From NCBI RefSeq assembly GCF_964204645.1, contig NC_134026.1, positions 27,872,150 through 27,936,149 of the forward strand: a DNA stretch of 64,000 bases, given 5' to 3'. This document shows, in pieces, positions 14,201-28,218 of this stretch. The stretch's first letter is position 1. Every line of letters starts with the position of its first letter. The position numbers and the translations under genes are program-made. The stretch is from Tubulanus polymorphus (lineage: Eukaryota; Animalia; Nemertea). Below the pieces are notes generated by a model. That model did not search any database, was not told the origin of the DNA, and saw only the letters and a program-made list of their open reading frames with translations.

Positions 14201-16407
14201 TATGTTTTCCAATTCATTCGTCGCGTGGCAAGAAAAAAAAAAAAGTCGGAAATGTCAAGTACACTGAGAAAACATTAGCTTACGAAGCATGCTGTAGTTA
14301 TTAATAAGTAAATATAGCTGAACGATAACACACCAGGATAAGCAAGAATCAATAAAAGACCGAAATCTTATGCACCGAATGGGCAGGTGATAAGCAGATA
14401 AGACTGTAGTAGACATCAAATGGCTTCATTAACTGAACGAGGTTCCGAAATCATGACTGATGTTTCCAAGGATTGGAGCTCGAAGGTCGAAGTGAAGACG
14501 TTGATAAGGCTCTTTATATTTTGTCAAAGTGGAGATTTTCTATAAAAGGTGATTGTCCAATATCTTCCGCTAAACTATCCCTTTGAAGGGTTTTATCCGT
14601 AAGACATGAAAAATAGTGGTAAGCCTGGCTCATCACAAGGTCGTTGTAATACTTCATCCACTCTTCAATCCGATTTAAAAAAAAAAAAGAAAATGCTCAT
14701 GAAGAATGTGATCAATATTCGTACTTCATCATATCCAGCAAAGCAAGATGAACAACTAGTATCGAGAAGAGATTTCGGGGCAATGTCTGAGATATGGATT
14801 TTAGGGAACGAAATACAACAAAACAGTCTGAGCCATCTTTTCAATAGGCACAAAATAAATGATAGAATTGATAGGCAATTTGGGATGTAGTCTAATGTTG
14901 GCGACTGTTTTCTGTGTAAGGGATAAGTCCAGTAAGCTGGCTGTCATATCAAAGTTGATGTATCGGAACCATTGTGTGACACAGCAGCAGATACTGAAAT
15001 TTTCCGAAAGTCTTTTTTCATCACTGGACATCATAAGTCTTTCAGTCAGCATTCCATCCCATCTACTGAGCTACTTGACCCAATCGTAGCGGCATTATCC
15101 TGCAACTCACGTATCAGGCATTATTATATGACAAGGCATTTCATTGTAGCCATGTAGTAAATTTGACTCTTCCGCGAGTGGTACAGAGTGATACAAATTG
15201 TACCACGCTACGTCATTTATTTCACTATCTGATTGCCGACTCTAATGCAACATACGCAGTCCAATTATTAGTTCTCTGAATGGGTAGAAAATCACGTTCG
15301 AAAAAAACCTAGCGATGAAACACAAGCGAGTTCTGTGAATTAATCACGAGACTTGGAAATTGATGGCTCCTTTCCATATAATAGCAGTAGGTTTCATTAT
15401 TGAGAAAGTTGAATGGCATCTCTTAACATGATACAAGAACTTTAGTTTCCATTTAGATGTAATAGTTTCACTTATGACTAACGCCGATGGGTTTTAAGGA
15501 CTTTTCTGCATTCATGGAGATCTTCGAATTTTAGTTTTCTGGAATATTGGAAAATTCATTCCGAAATCTTAAACTTTTCAGATAACGTATTATGTACCCG
15601 ATTGACGTCATCTCTAAAGAGAGGTTTTAGATAACCTCATAACTGGCCCGACCCGATCAATCATGTTCGGGGATAATTGTGATAAAATCATCGCTTATTG
15701 TTATGAAAAAATGTCAAAACGTTGAACATGAAAATTCTATTTACGAAATTCCCTGGTGGTGAAATTCAAGAAATCTCCATCAAACTTGAAAACAACTCAA
15801 CTGAGTTACAAGTCACCGATCAATAAACTTTGCGAACAGTTTTAATTATGAAAGCTCGCATTAATTGAATCATTATGAATATTACCCGTCAACCTGTCAG
15901 CTTGCAGTATGTTCAAATTGCATTTTAGCTAATGGATAAATCATAAATATCTGATATCCTCTTGAAGTAATCAATTTTTTCCATCACTAATTCGACGACT
16001 TTTCCATAAATTGCTTCATTAATACGACATTATATAATTTCAAATTCTATTACAGGCATAAATGAATGTTACATTCATTTAATGATTAGAAAAGGAACTC
16101 TAGAGCCTGATCTTTAACTTCGATATACAACTTATATCAAAAATTATATCTAGTTTGTATCAATTTTAGTCGGTAACCTGAAATCGATGAATCATGTTCA
16201 CTGAAACCATTTGCACGGAGTATGGAGGCACGTTACTGCTGTACTGCCTCCAGTGGTAGATTCTAGAAGCTGATCGGTACAGATCGAGAGCCATCTGGTA
16301 GAAGCACAAGGTACTGATATCGGAAGCTGCCGATACATCTGATGCCATCTATACGTCTATAAGTCATAAATGCGCATCTTCTTACATTATCTATCTGAAG
16401 TACATAC

Positions 16408-19400
16408 CTGTTTTGTGTGACTCTTTCTTTATCCATCAGCATTTTCCGGAATATAGCGACTTTCCTCAAAACCTCCTCGACACTACACCTGAAATAATCA
16501 AATCACAATGATGGTTATATAGCGCTTCGAATATATTTCAATAAATCAACTGCCTTAAAAATACAACAACTCAAAATGCAAATGATGAGAATCTTATATA
16601 ACATTATATAAGATTATTTTTCGCATTGTCTGGTGTCTATCATCTAAATATCAAATATAATTATCAAAATAAGCTGAAAATTATAGTTAATGAATTAATT
16701 GCTTCGAGGGGATACATAAAAAACAGCAATAATTAATGTATAGCTGCATTTACAGTACATTGGGTCAACCATATTGCTAGCTCTAATGAGAATGAATTGA
16801 TGTTTTTGATTGAGGAGACAACTACTCATCGCCGTGTCTTTAAGCATCACAGTAATCTTGATGGCAAATAGAGCTCTGCAGTGAAATCAGATATAAGGTG
16901 TGACGTGACTTGCACGGAAAGCCACAGGGTATAGTCAAATGCCTGATTGACAAATTTATATCAGCGAGTCTTCAAAATTGCCTGAAACAACTAATGCCAC
17001 AAAGCTGTATGATATATTCGGTTCAATAATTTACCAGGGCTTAAAAACGCATTAGCTAAAAAGGTCCGCAGACAGCTTTTCAAAAATGTGAACTAGAAAT
17101 CTCCACAGACAAACTGTCTGACTAATAAAACCATTGAATGATGCTTTTATCTCTCACAGTTACCACTTCATTAGACAGTTCAGTCATTATTTCAAGTGCA
17201 TATGGCATAAAATATGGACATGCACGATGTAATTTTATAGGATTCTGAAGCCGACTGATTATCCCTAAGACAATCATCTCAGATCGTTTTACAGCCCCGG
17301 ATTAATCATAACAACCGATATATCGCAATAGCAAATAAGCCATAAATCTTCTCTTCGCGCAATTTCAGCGAAATTGACAAATAACATCATTTCCAACGAA
17401 TGACAAATGTTTGTTCATCTTCCGAGCGAATTTAAGATGAAATAATGCTTTAACTGACCAACCACTGGGACTTAAATATACAACGTTATTCATTGACAAA
17501 ATATTCTCTTTTGATCATGCGCGTAGTGTAAGATGGGAAAACATGAAAAATTGATCGAGTTGCAAAGGATAGCCTCGACATGCGAGAATCTAATTAACTG
17601 CTAAGTCTATTCCGCTTCATCAAAGTCCAATGAAAATACATCATGACTTAGGAATAACACGTGGCTTAAACTGATAATCTATATTCCATGAATGGTAAAT
17701 TTGTAATACCAGCTGCGGCGAAAAGCGATTCTCCAGTGGGAGGATTAATGTTTTAGAAAAAATATATTAGATGACAACAGAAAGATCTAATAGAAAGAGT
17801 TGATGTGAACTGAGAACATGACAACATTATGATGAGATGAGGAAGATTCGTGATCTAAGAATGGAAACCATGAATTATTCATGTAACTTTCAAAATGTAC
17901 ATCTGCTCAGTACTAGAGAGTTAATAGAGAAGTGAACAGTTCCGAATAGATCTGTAGCAATTAACCCTACAGCATCGAAGCCACATCTCAGACACTGATG
18001 TCTACTAAGTCACTCTAATGCTATACAAATAGCTTCACCTTTGACACGGCAATTTCACATTCAGCAGAACAGTAAGAATTCTACTGATCGATTGAGGACC
18101 GAGTGGTAATTGGGCTGACAAGAGCTGCTGCTGCTGCTGCTGCTGCTCTGGTCAGAATGAAGTGTTATTCATGGATCACTGTACATACTTAGATCTCAGA
18201 CGAGAGAGAAACACTAAATATATGAAGCCTCTGAATCCATTTAGGCAATGATGAATGTTGCTTCGTATAACCTTCCAAGGCTAATTCCATTTAATAATCA
18301 GCGGACTGTGAATCGATGAGGCTTCACCGACCATATATACACAGGTAATGGCCAGATGGTTTATCAGTGTTAATATTGACAAATATCTTTCTGCACCATG
18401 TTTGGTATTAGTGGCTGCTTCCTCATCCATCGATACCGAACATTAACGGTCGTAATCAGTGCACTCGTATGTATTCCTTTAGAAACATTCTATTCATGAT
18501 TTTGTCTGATGGTTTAATGATTTGGGGTTTTCTTTTTTCAAGTTTATAATTTTTCCATAAATTTTCATCGTGATAATTAACGTCTACTAAAACATTCGTG
18601 CATGAATGGATTCACATCGCGAAACAGACCTGACACATATAGAAACAGAGAGACAAAAGAAATAATGCCTTTTTCTGTTCATCAAAAATAGATAAATATC
18701 AGTGAAAATTCCATTGAAAAATGGTAGCAATGCTTAAGTATTGTACAGAATATAAAAGAAGCCACAGAATATGTATATTTTTCCTTTTTCAGTTTTTCCT
18801 AAATGATAACTTTCTTGCTGGAAGGGTTGCCCTTATTGCCGTCAAAATGGCTCTGATATATTAGAAGGGCACGTAATCTTGAGATGATTCAAACAAAAGT
18901 GTCGCCATGACTGGTCAACATATCTGAATGGTCACCAGCTAACTGGGCACCACACTGACCAAGGTGTCACAATAATAAAGACTTCCAAACTCTGTAACAC
19001 AGTGATCCAGCGGTTTAGTGGTTAGCACACTGGTTGACCCAGCGCTAGACCCAGGAGGTTCAAACCCTGGATGGGGCTAGGTAATACAACGCATCTGTTG
19101 GACACTTTTTAATGACAATTACATCAAACAACAAATAAAACTAACCAAAATATATTTTTTCTCTGTTAGGAATCTTATTTTGAAACTTTTTTAATCTCAT
19201 TTTCTTGTTTTACCTAGAAGCTGCTTTTTAAGTGAAAAACCTTCAGAATAAAAGAACTGCTTTTGGAAATTTCTGGCTATGGGCTTGTTGAAAACTATTT
19301 TCCAATCTTTTTGGAAATTGTTGTAAAATCTTCCTGAGAATTCAATGCCAAATTCTTCACATTCTCCACAGACCATTTGGAACAGTAGAGAAAACAGTAG

Positions 19401-20343
19401 CAACAAACTAAAGACATTGTCTGAGAAATTCCACAAACGGTACAAATACAAACTCAAACCAGCGAAATAGTGATAATTATTGGTTTTTCATCGCAATGAA
19501 ATGGAAAGATAAAAGGCTTAAATTTCAAATCAAAAAGTGGACTTCTAACGGCATTCTCATCATACGACATGAAATAATACACACAGTGAGTTCTTATTAT
19601 TAGAGATACAAGATGTATGGTATTTACTGTAATAGTAGTATAATACCACAGGCAAATACCACTCAAATATCACTCAATATTCAAATACAACTTTGATATC
19701 TGAAATCATGTTCAGTAGTGGAGAAATACCATCAGATTCAAAATCAGGAAAATACAAGAAGAATCTAGTATTTATTGATGAGTAACAATGTTTCAAGTTA
19801 GACTTAGAGGTAAAACATTGATAGACACCAGATTTTTTATTGATGATTGTATAAAATCTAATCATCGAAAACAGTAAACGCTATGAAAAATGTCGAACAT
19901 GATCAATAAACTCGAAATCAAATAAAAACCATACATTTTACACGTGTTATTGCAGCTTTTCCTGGTCAGATCGCAAACATTCAACGTTGCGTGCTTTGAA
20001 GAATTTTCATGAGAGGATGGCAGAAAACAGACGTATAGATTTACGAACAAACACGAACCAACCAGAACTCCAACTCACCAAACCAAAAACCAACCAGAAC
20101 TGATCCGAGTTCTTTAAGGACTTACCCTTGTTCTTCCATGAGCGCCTTCATTTCCATACACTTCATTTCGACTTGTCGGTCCATATCAATGGATTGTTCC
20201 GTAGGCAATTTTGTCGGTGGTGAAGATGGTTGTCTTTTTAAATCGGAGGTGGCATGCTTAAATAAGCTACCACCATTCACAGTGCCATTACCATTAGTAT
20301 TATGCTGTATTGACGACGCTTGAGAGAAAATGCCATCATACAT
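16408..20343 (-). CDS. cwf21-domain protein, SRRM2/3/4 family (5' part only; coding exons 20343-20126 and 16488-16408)
   Basis: The GT-AG splice 20126/16488 joins MYDGIFSQ...DRQVEMKCMEMKALMEEQG|CSVEEVLRKVAIFRKMLMDKE. This matches the cwf21 consensus of SRRM2/SRRM3 (RRVELKC.EL.EMMEEQGYSEEEI..KV.TFR.MLMEK). Downstream exons were not located. Confidence 0.8.
18124..18147. repeat. (GCT)8 microsatellite
   Basis: Read directly from the sequence. Confidence 0.95.
19004..19078 (+). pseudogene. tRNA-like sequence (tRNA-derived SINE head or tRNA pseudogene)
   Basis: A-box-like TTTAGTGGTTAG at 19014-19025 and B box GGTTCAAACC at 19057-19066, at tRNA-like spacing; the cloverleaf is imperfect. Confidence 0.55.
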
Positions 20344-20413
20344 AATGCTACCTGGACAAAATCTAAAAATACACAAAAATATAGACTGCTAAAGTTTCTG
20401 TATACGTACATGT

Positions 20414-20436
20414 ATATATATATATATATATATATA
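20414..20436. repeat. (TA)n microsatellite
   Basis: Read directly; lies just upstream of the acceptor of the SRRM-like ATG exon. Confidence 0.9.
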
Positions 20437-20595
20437 GATACCTTCAGCAGGAAATTGGCGAAAGAAAAATGTCAGCAACAAATAATCAATTCAACAAGTT
20501 TTTATTAAGTAGAAATTGTTGATAGAAAAAAAGAGTACGGCTTCTTTAGCTAAATTATTCGTTTTAAACTTCTAGTGTTTTTATTTCCACTACTG

Positions 20596-20756
20596 GGGTG
20601 GGCGCAGAAAAAGCCTGTTAACCTAACCGTGGTTAGTGGCTAATCTGTGGTTAAGCTAACCAGTGGTTAGCCAACAGCGTTTTCTTGCACCCATTTATAC
20701 CTAACCACAGTTTACAAACCACGGTGAGCGCTAACAGTTTTTTCCTACGCCTGCCC
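20596..20756. mobile_element. PIF/Harbinger-type MITE
   Basis: TIRs gggtgggcgcagaaaaagcctgtta / taacagttttttcctacgcctgccc, 3-bp CTG duplication on both sides, and internal taacc/ggtta repeats. Confidence 0.7.
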
Positions 20757-20958
20757 CTGATATTTTACTTCAAAGCTCCAATTTCCAGGTGTGATTCAAA
20801 ATCTTGATATCATGGAGGTTAGTATTAACAGGATGTGATCAGGCACTCATCTAACATTCCACATAAATTGGACAGCAATCAGGGATGGTTGTCACAATCA
20901 GTTACTTTTGCATCAAGAGACTGCCACACAGTCCAAAAACCACGAGTATAGTCCACAG

Positions 20959-21232
20959 CAGGGGTGGATCTAGGAATTGATAACCGGGAATTTAGAGTAA
21001 GGTGCTTAAAATTCCTGGGCTTAGTCGTATACAATACATACATAATAAATGAACAGCGAGCGCCTTAGAGGGGTTAGAAAAAATAGAAAATTTAGAAAAA
21101 GATCATCTTTCTGACCATAAAAGTGATTCTAACACAAAATGACCGGCAATAATTTCTGGCTATGTTGTGAGAATGTTATCTTGGCTAAAGATAGGAGGGG
21201 CCGACCCTCTGGGTCCTTCTTACTCCGGTCCT
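20959..21232. mobile_element. Degenerate MITE with a CAGGGGTGGATCTAGG terminus
   Basis: The left end resembles the TIR at 28219; the right end is decayed (ctccggtcctg). Confidence 0.4.
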
Positions 21233-22163
21233 GGTCAATAATTTTGAGTCGTAAATTAATCAACTATTTTCAGATACTAGGGTTTACAAACTCTGAAGAT
21301 TTCTTGAATCAACTACGATATAAGTAAACCAGAATACATGACATAACCACAAGGCAAAAGTAAACACACTGTGATTTCCCGCAGTTACTTTGATTAATTA
21401 ACGAAAGTACATATACAATCATCAGTCACGTATATCGAAGAGTTGCGGAGAGCCGCAAAACATGAATGTGTGACTGCACAGTAATATCAATAGCTGATAA
21501 ATCAGCAGAATAATCCTGTGATGCTGTAATACTGTACTAATAATCTCGTATGTATTTTCAGCTATAAGCGAATGTTATCTTAATTCATTGCGAAAGATTT
21601 GGCCCAGAAACTTTCTACAAATTACGCTTGGAATACAGGGAGACATCCATGCGTTATTTGAGAGGTAGAGTAATTGGGAAATATTCTGAACTTATCGGAG
21701 GACATGATCGCAAGACGACACCGGTGCCTTATACTCAAAGGTCATTGACATTAACAATATTTTCCCTCATCTCGGAAACTGTAGCGATGAAATTGAATCA
21801 ATGTTGCAGAAAGAACAGTAGTATATCCTCGCAGAGGAATCATTAGATTATGCTTCATACGCATAGCTAGCAGTGAGGGTAGGACAAAAATAATTCGCGA
21901 CACAAGAGTATCAATGACATTCTATTCAAAACACAGAGGTGAATCGAAATGGTTTTTAAGAAATAAAACTACATAAGCTGAGCTGTGCTATGAGTATCAA
22001 AGGCAAAAGTGGATTAATGGCTGAAAGATGTAGAGAATTACAATGCATAGATGTGGAGTAATCATTACAGTCTAAGATTACTCGATAAGTCTATCGTTAT
22101 TTACCAAACTATGGGCTTAAGAGTCCTTGACCAAACTGATGTGAGAAAATTCCATCATCATCT

Positions 22164-22359
22164 TATAGGGATGCAATCACAGATATGATTTGACTGGGCC
22201 AAACCGTCACAGGCTAAATGAGGCACAACCAAAAACGTTGGTCCCGGCACGGGTCAAATTAATCGGTGAACACGCTTTCTAATTACGCATGGGCCAAATT
22301 CGACTCAGGCCTGGTTCAGGCCAGTTTGACTCGAGCCAAATCATGATCGCAACTCTATA
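22164..22359. mobile_element. MITE with imperfect TIRs
   Basis: tatagggatgcaatca...tgatttgactgggccaaac pairs with gtttgactcgagccaaatcatgatcgcaactctata. Confidence 0.6.
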
Positions 22360-24954
22360 TTGACTGTATCTTTACACGAAAGGTGATACAGACATCATAT
22401 CACTCGGCGAAAATGAAAAGAACGGTGGTCATTCATTGTAACCGAAGACGACACCAAGAAATATGTCAAGACGACACATCTCCATCGAGACAATAGCGAA
22501 ATAAAGCACTGAAACTTAATTAGGTTTTCAGGAAATCAACACAGCTGTGGCTGGGTTATAAATGTGACTGAAATTACTAATGTAATCAGCTGCAGGCAAA
22601 TTGACTTTTATGAAAGAAAGAATTCAAGCATATTTCATTATTATGGATATCATCAGCAAAGCGCCGAAAGACCATTACTCTGTGACTGTTCTTGCAGCGC
22701 TGTAGCTTAATTTCATAATACATCAAGAATTTCAGTTGAAAATGAAAAACGCTCCTATTTGAAAAGTTTGGGATTATGAATTATACATGGCGCACGCGAC
22801 TCTGCACAAGATTTATTGGCTAAACCTGAAGGCATTCAATTGAATAAACTTTTAATTATTGATCATACGAACAGCCATACTTTGCATTCTCTTGTAAATC
22901 CTATGAATTAGTAATCAGCGAAATGAAATAGAGGGAAATATCAGTGAATTGGAGTAACGTTATACTTTGACATTCCCAAGGGATGGAATACAACGCTACA
23001 GCATAAAGTATTCAAGGAATACCATTAATCCGAAGACTTTCCGACTTTCTACGATTTACAGATTATATACGTTTTGGGTGACAGAAAAACCAAGGCTAGA
23101 AAAAGTCCCAGAAAAACTTAGACTAAAATTCACGTAGGCCTAACACCATTGATCGCATCTTTTCAATGACATGTCCGTAAATTGAAGTAAGAAGAGAATT
23201 TCGTGCAACTGCAACCTGCAACCGGAAGACAAGAATATTGATGGTAAGTCATTAGAAAATGGTATCAGTGATTTGGAGACTAAGCCACTTTATTTCCATC
23301 TCACATCCCCGGCAAATCAGATACAAAGTCAAGCCACATGAAGCATTGATCGGGTGTGGTAGAGATATGCTTGATTGCGGGATTAACATTTAATCCACAA
23401 AGATTAAAACTATTCCCACAGTTAATCAAAGAATGCGAATGTGAAAGCCTGTATTAGACAGCTAGTCCAGTCAACTACACTTCCAGCGGCCCTAGTGCGA
23501 CAATCATAATACAAACACTAATCTAATCATAAAGCATACCTCCAAGCATCAATTACCATGATTATCAAATTTTCATTTTCACTGTCTGAGTACAGCACCC
23601 TTGCCTAGAAGTCAACACTTCAGACATAATCTACTTTTTTTTAATTCATCAATTTCAATGGCTATAAGCTATTAAATCATAGTACAATGTAATTTGCGTG
23701 CATGAATGTAATTGAAATATTTTTCTGAAGACTTTTTGAAGAGTGATCCAGAAATCTTGCTAAAATAGAATACACTATCCGCCTTAAGACAATAAGCTCA
23801 ACTCAATGTCTGACCCGCTGCCCAAAATCAATAACCATTTGATATTCTATCAGGGAGAAAAGAGAGAAACGCAATTTATCATATGAAAATCAATTGTTCC
23901 TAACTCTATATACAAAAAGAAAGATGAAAATGCAAACAAGTGCAAATTACTTATAAAAGCATCATGTAAAGGTTGTGGAAGTGCAATTCTAAAAATTCAG
24001 CATTCTTTTAGAAGGAATATCAATTCTACACATTTTCAATTTCAAACATCTTAAATATTATTGCCTTACTGAGCTGAAGCCATACATAGGCATAATTATA
24101 TTCCAAAAGAGGCTCGCTAGTGTTCGAGACAAAATTCGATCATTGGATTTTCAGCGTCATAAAAGTGTAGTTTCCAGATAGTTTGCTGATGATACGGATA
24201 AGAAGGATGACAGTCAATTGATGTTGTAAATGTATTTCTTTATAAGGAAGCAGTAGTAAATCAATGAAAGCAGTCAAAGGATTTAAACATTGGTACACAG
24301 ACAAAGACCACTGGGGTTGTAATCACTGGTCGGAGTTCAATAACAGCGAAGTGAGCAAGGATTCTTCATCTCGCAATACAATACGGCAAACCCGAGTTCA
24401 GTTCTGAGCGCCATATATAACGAATTCAATACCGACAGAATACTGGAAAATTACATTATCACCCTTCTATTGATTCCATCTTATGTTTATTTGACAAATG
24501 AGACGGGGATCTTCTCATAGCAGTAGAACAGTCACTATAGTTACCAATAGTAGAAGAGAATGCTCAAGAAGAAAAACCTTGAATTCGTTGTGGCAAATTA
24601 TTTATGTAAGTCCATATTCGTTGAAAATTCTTTTTATTATTCACATCGAATTGCGAAAAATCTATAGGTAATGAATCGTTGTCGCAACAATTCATATGAT
24701 ATACCAATTTGAATATGCCTAAAGTATATCGCGGAGTGAAAGTGGCTTCTGACATTTCAGTTGAGCGCAATTGAATTTATCGTAAGGGAGCATGTTGACT
24801 TGACAGTCTGATCTAGCAGCAAAACCATTTGATGATCGCGCGGATAAAACCTGAAAAAGCTTTCTGCGGCAATTCAATAAACAAAACGACAATGTATCAT
24901 TTACTCTTTGAGGAAATTATTTGCCACATAGTTTAAAAATACCCCATCAAATAA

Positions 24955-25247
24955 TAGTGAGGCCACTTTTCGCCAATTTACGGATTCCCTGAATTTTTCC
25001 TGATTTTTTCCACGTCATAACACAAAATTCCCTGAGTAAATTTTAGCAGTTTCTTGGTTTAGAATGTTTACAATTTATTAATTTTTTTATGAATTACGTA
25101 GTGATAAAGTCAATAACGGTCAATGACTGGTCAATAACGAATCCAAATTACGTGAGTTTTTCAGGTTCTTCGCGAAATAAGTCAAATTCCCTTTGTATTC
25201 CCAGATTTTTCTGATGCCCTGAGTTTTCCAGGTCAGTGACCACCCTG
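24955..25247. mobile_element. hAT-like MITE with repeated aattccctga subterminal motifs
   Basis: Ends tagtgaggccact / agtgaccaccctg with several ttccctga repeats; a related copy lies at about 28080-28218. Confidence 0.6.
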
Positions 25248-25773
25248 ACTAATGAAAGGATTGCAACGTATAATAATCATAGGTTGATGGATGTATCAGA
25301 AGATAAAACATATCATTCCATTGTCATTATTAGAAATCAGTCGATATCACAGCATTATAATAACTATAAGAACTGTGACAGTTTCATCACACACGGACAC
25401 ACATACAATGAGTATAAGTGTTCAACTTAAGTAGCTCTTCACAAAAGCTTTGTGACTAATTCATGGGTTAATTATCAGTAGTGCAAACACATTCAATATA
25501 AGGCAATGTGACTATTTTAACGGATTTCAGCGCAATAGAATATCACAGCATCAGCAGCAGTAGATGATGATGCTGATGATTGCCATTTGCTTGTTATCAA
25601 TGATCATTTCAACATACTCACCAAAAGAATAACAAAACTATCTACGACAGGATTCTGTGTCATTGAGTGTCTTCTGAAATCAGAAAAAAAATTACTGACA
25701 AAATTTGCAAAGAAAGATTAATCGATATCGATGCAATAATAACAATTCTTGAAATGAACATCTCGAGTAATAC

Positions 25774-25855
25774 CTTTAATTTTGACAGAAAATAGAACCA
25801 ACTCCAGTTTAATCAGTCACTGTTCTACTGAAGCCGCGCGACAAATATCTCGTCC
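25774..25855 (-). other. Candidate non-coding 5'UTR exon of the cwf21/SRRM-like gene
   Basis: Minus-strand T-rich acceptor ending ttttcag and donor aaag|gtatta bracket 82 nt upstream of the ATG exon. Confidence 0.4.
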
Positions 25856-28079
25856 TGAAAATAAAAATATGCACGATCAATAGACCAGGAGTTGCAATTT
25901 AATTGGTTTTCCTGCTGAAAGTTGATGGTTTTTCCCGAAGGAGCCATACTGTGAAAAAGATGAAGTGGAAACTTGAGCCGTACAAGTATAAAGTACAATT
26001 TCATTAAATGCTATCTACTGAAACAAAGAAAATTAGACATAATATGCACAAATATATCATACATTCCTGTCTCATGTCAACTCCTAATTCTTCTCAATGT
26101 AAAGATTTTAGCATAAATGACATTGATATAAAAACACTTTTATTTACGGTAAAAGCATTAATTCAATGCTTGTATTATGTCGTCTCTAATGTTAGATTTT
26201 CCAGCATATTTCTGTAGCATGTGCAATTATTGTTGATGATACCTCAAATGCATAATGATGGCACCAGCTTGAAATATAGATTATTATTCATTGACAGTGA
26301 CAGGATTTTACAGAAAAGAGAAAAATATTGCCTAGTTACAGTAAGGCAGAATATTTGATTTATATACCGATAGCATATACCGGTAAATCATAATATATTT
26401 TTCTATATCTCATAACTAATGCAAAATAGAGGGAGGATATGATTGATCAGATGTGCATACCAATAACTGTACCATCCCCTGATACTAAGGTATAGAACAT
26501 TGACAAGAACGTGCCATTTTTAGGTCTATAAGACACGGAACATGAATTGAGTTTCCAGGAACTCAAGCCAGATTATTCATGAAACCATTATACTGGTCGT
26601 ACTAAGTGATGTCAACTTGCAGTAGTCAGATTGGTTATCCGGAGAATGTCGCACTGATGCAGTTTCTACACATCATTATCATGAAAAGGAAGCAATTTTT
26701 CAACAGCAAATGATTTCAGCCATGATACCTTATCTTGCGAGACATTTGCATATTCATGTATGGACAGGTTTTCAGATAAAATGAATTATTTTCGGTAGAT
26801 TAAAAAATGTGTCTATACAATCCAATACAATATTCAATCAATAGCACAAAATGCCGGATCAAAATTCAGCCTAATCAAGAATTAACTCATAACTCATAAG
26901 AGTATATTTGAGACAGTTTTCTAACAAAGTAAGCGTATAAAAGTAGCGTAAGCACATGGAAGATGCTAGCTTTTTTAAGCAACAATATAATTGCCTTACT
27001 GATCGTTGATTCTGAGATTACTGATTTCGGAAACTCAAAAAATGCAACAGAATTTCATCGTTTGATGGTTTAATGATGATTTCACATAGAAGCTGTGTGA
27101 TCTTCTTCGTTCCGTTTGATCTGTGATAGATATACTTGATCCTTACCTCGTTGAAAGCTAAGCTGGAATCGCTTGGAGGGACAAATCCGCAATTTTCCAA
27201 CAGACATCAAGCGTCTACTAGGCGGATAACTCAAGATTTTTGTACACAATTTCACCCTCCAACATGCTAGCATGTTATAATGTATACCGGCATTGTGAAA
27301 CATACATCAATAATTCACTAGTCGCAATACTGGAAGGTATGCCATCGCATTTATACCATGAATATAAATGAAAATGGCCGGGATTATTTTCAGATGAGGA
27401 CTTCACTGATGTATCGGTCACAAGTATCAGCTGACAACAATCAGTATACATCAGTAAAACATGATATGAATAATGAACAGAATATAACTGACAATAACCA
27501 ATTTCTGTATAGGATGATGGATGCATGACAAGATCATTATGAATTGATAAGCCGTGCGAAAAAATTATACTCATATTCAAGATAAGAAACTATTGGTAAT
27601 TAATTTGTATGAACAGCATCTGAGACTGAGACTGAAGCCGTAGTAGAGAATGTGAGAGATATCAAATATCAACTCGTCAAATAGCACTGCAACTTTAGCA
27701 CTGCAAGATATTTTTTTGCAATATAATGAATTGTTTCTTTCGTTAATAATAATAGCCATTCAAAAACTGCACTACTCAGCGTCTCAGTGCGGTTTAAAAT
27801 CAAAATTAAGCTGCAAAAACACATTACGATTGTTAATAAAAATGTTCTTTAAAAAGGATTGTTTTAAGATGAGATTTATTCAAAATTCATCTTACTGCGT
27901 AAAAACACCTGACCATCTTCGCAATACTAATGGCCTACAACGCATACACATGGTGGACAAGTTTCTATTTGACTTGCTTTCCCCCCCCCAACTATTCCCT
28001 GAAATGCAAATAGTTTTCCCAGACTCGATCTGCTAAGAATCCAATCAATTGATACAAAATATGAAAGACATTGGATTAT

Positions 28080-28218
28080 ACACGTGATAATAGCAATCTA
28101 AACAAATTTCCCTGATATTTCCCTGATTTTAAGCGTTTTTACAAAATTCCCTGACTTTTTTAAAGAAAACAAAATAACGTGACTTTTCCCCGATTTCCAG
28201 GTATTAAGAAGCTACCCA
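28080..28218. mobile_element. Second, degenerate copy of the ttccctga MITE family
   Basis: aaatttccctgatatttccctga...aaaattccctgac...tttccagg motifs shared with 24955-25247. Confidence 0.55.

Noticed and set aside
978-15157. Numerous 60-140 aa ORFs in the six-frame track
   Set aside because: No recognisable domains or consistent splice structure; lengths are as expected by chance in intronic DNA.
16166-16348. Possible exon immediately after the cwf21 exon
   Set aside because: Both nearby acceptors lead to in-frame stops and the peptides are unrecognisable.
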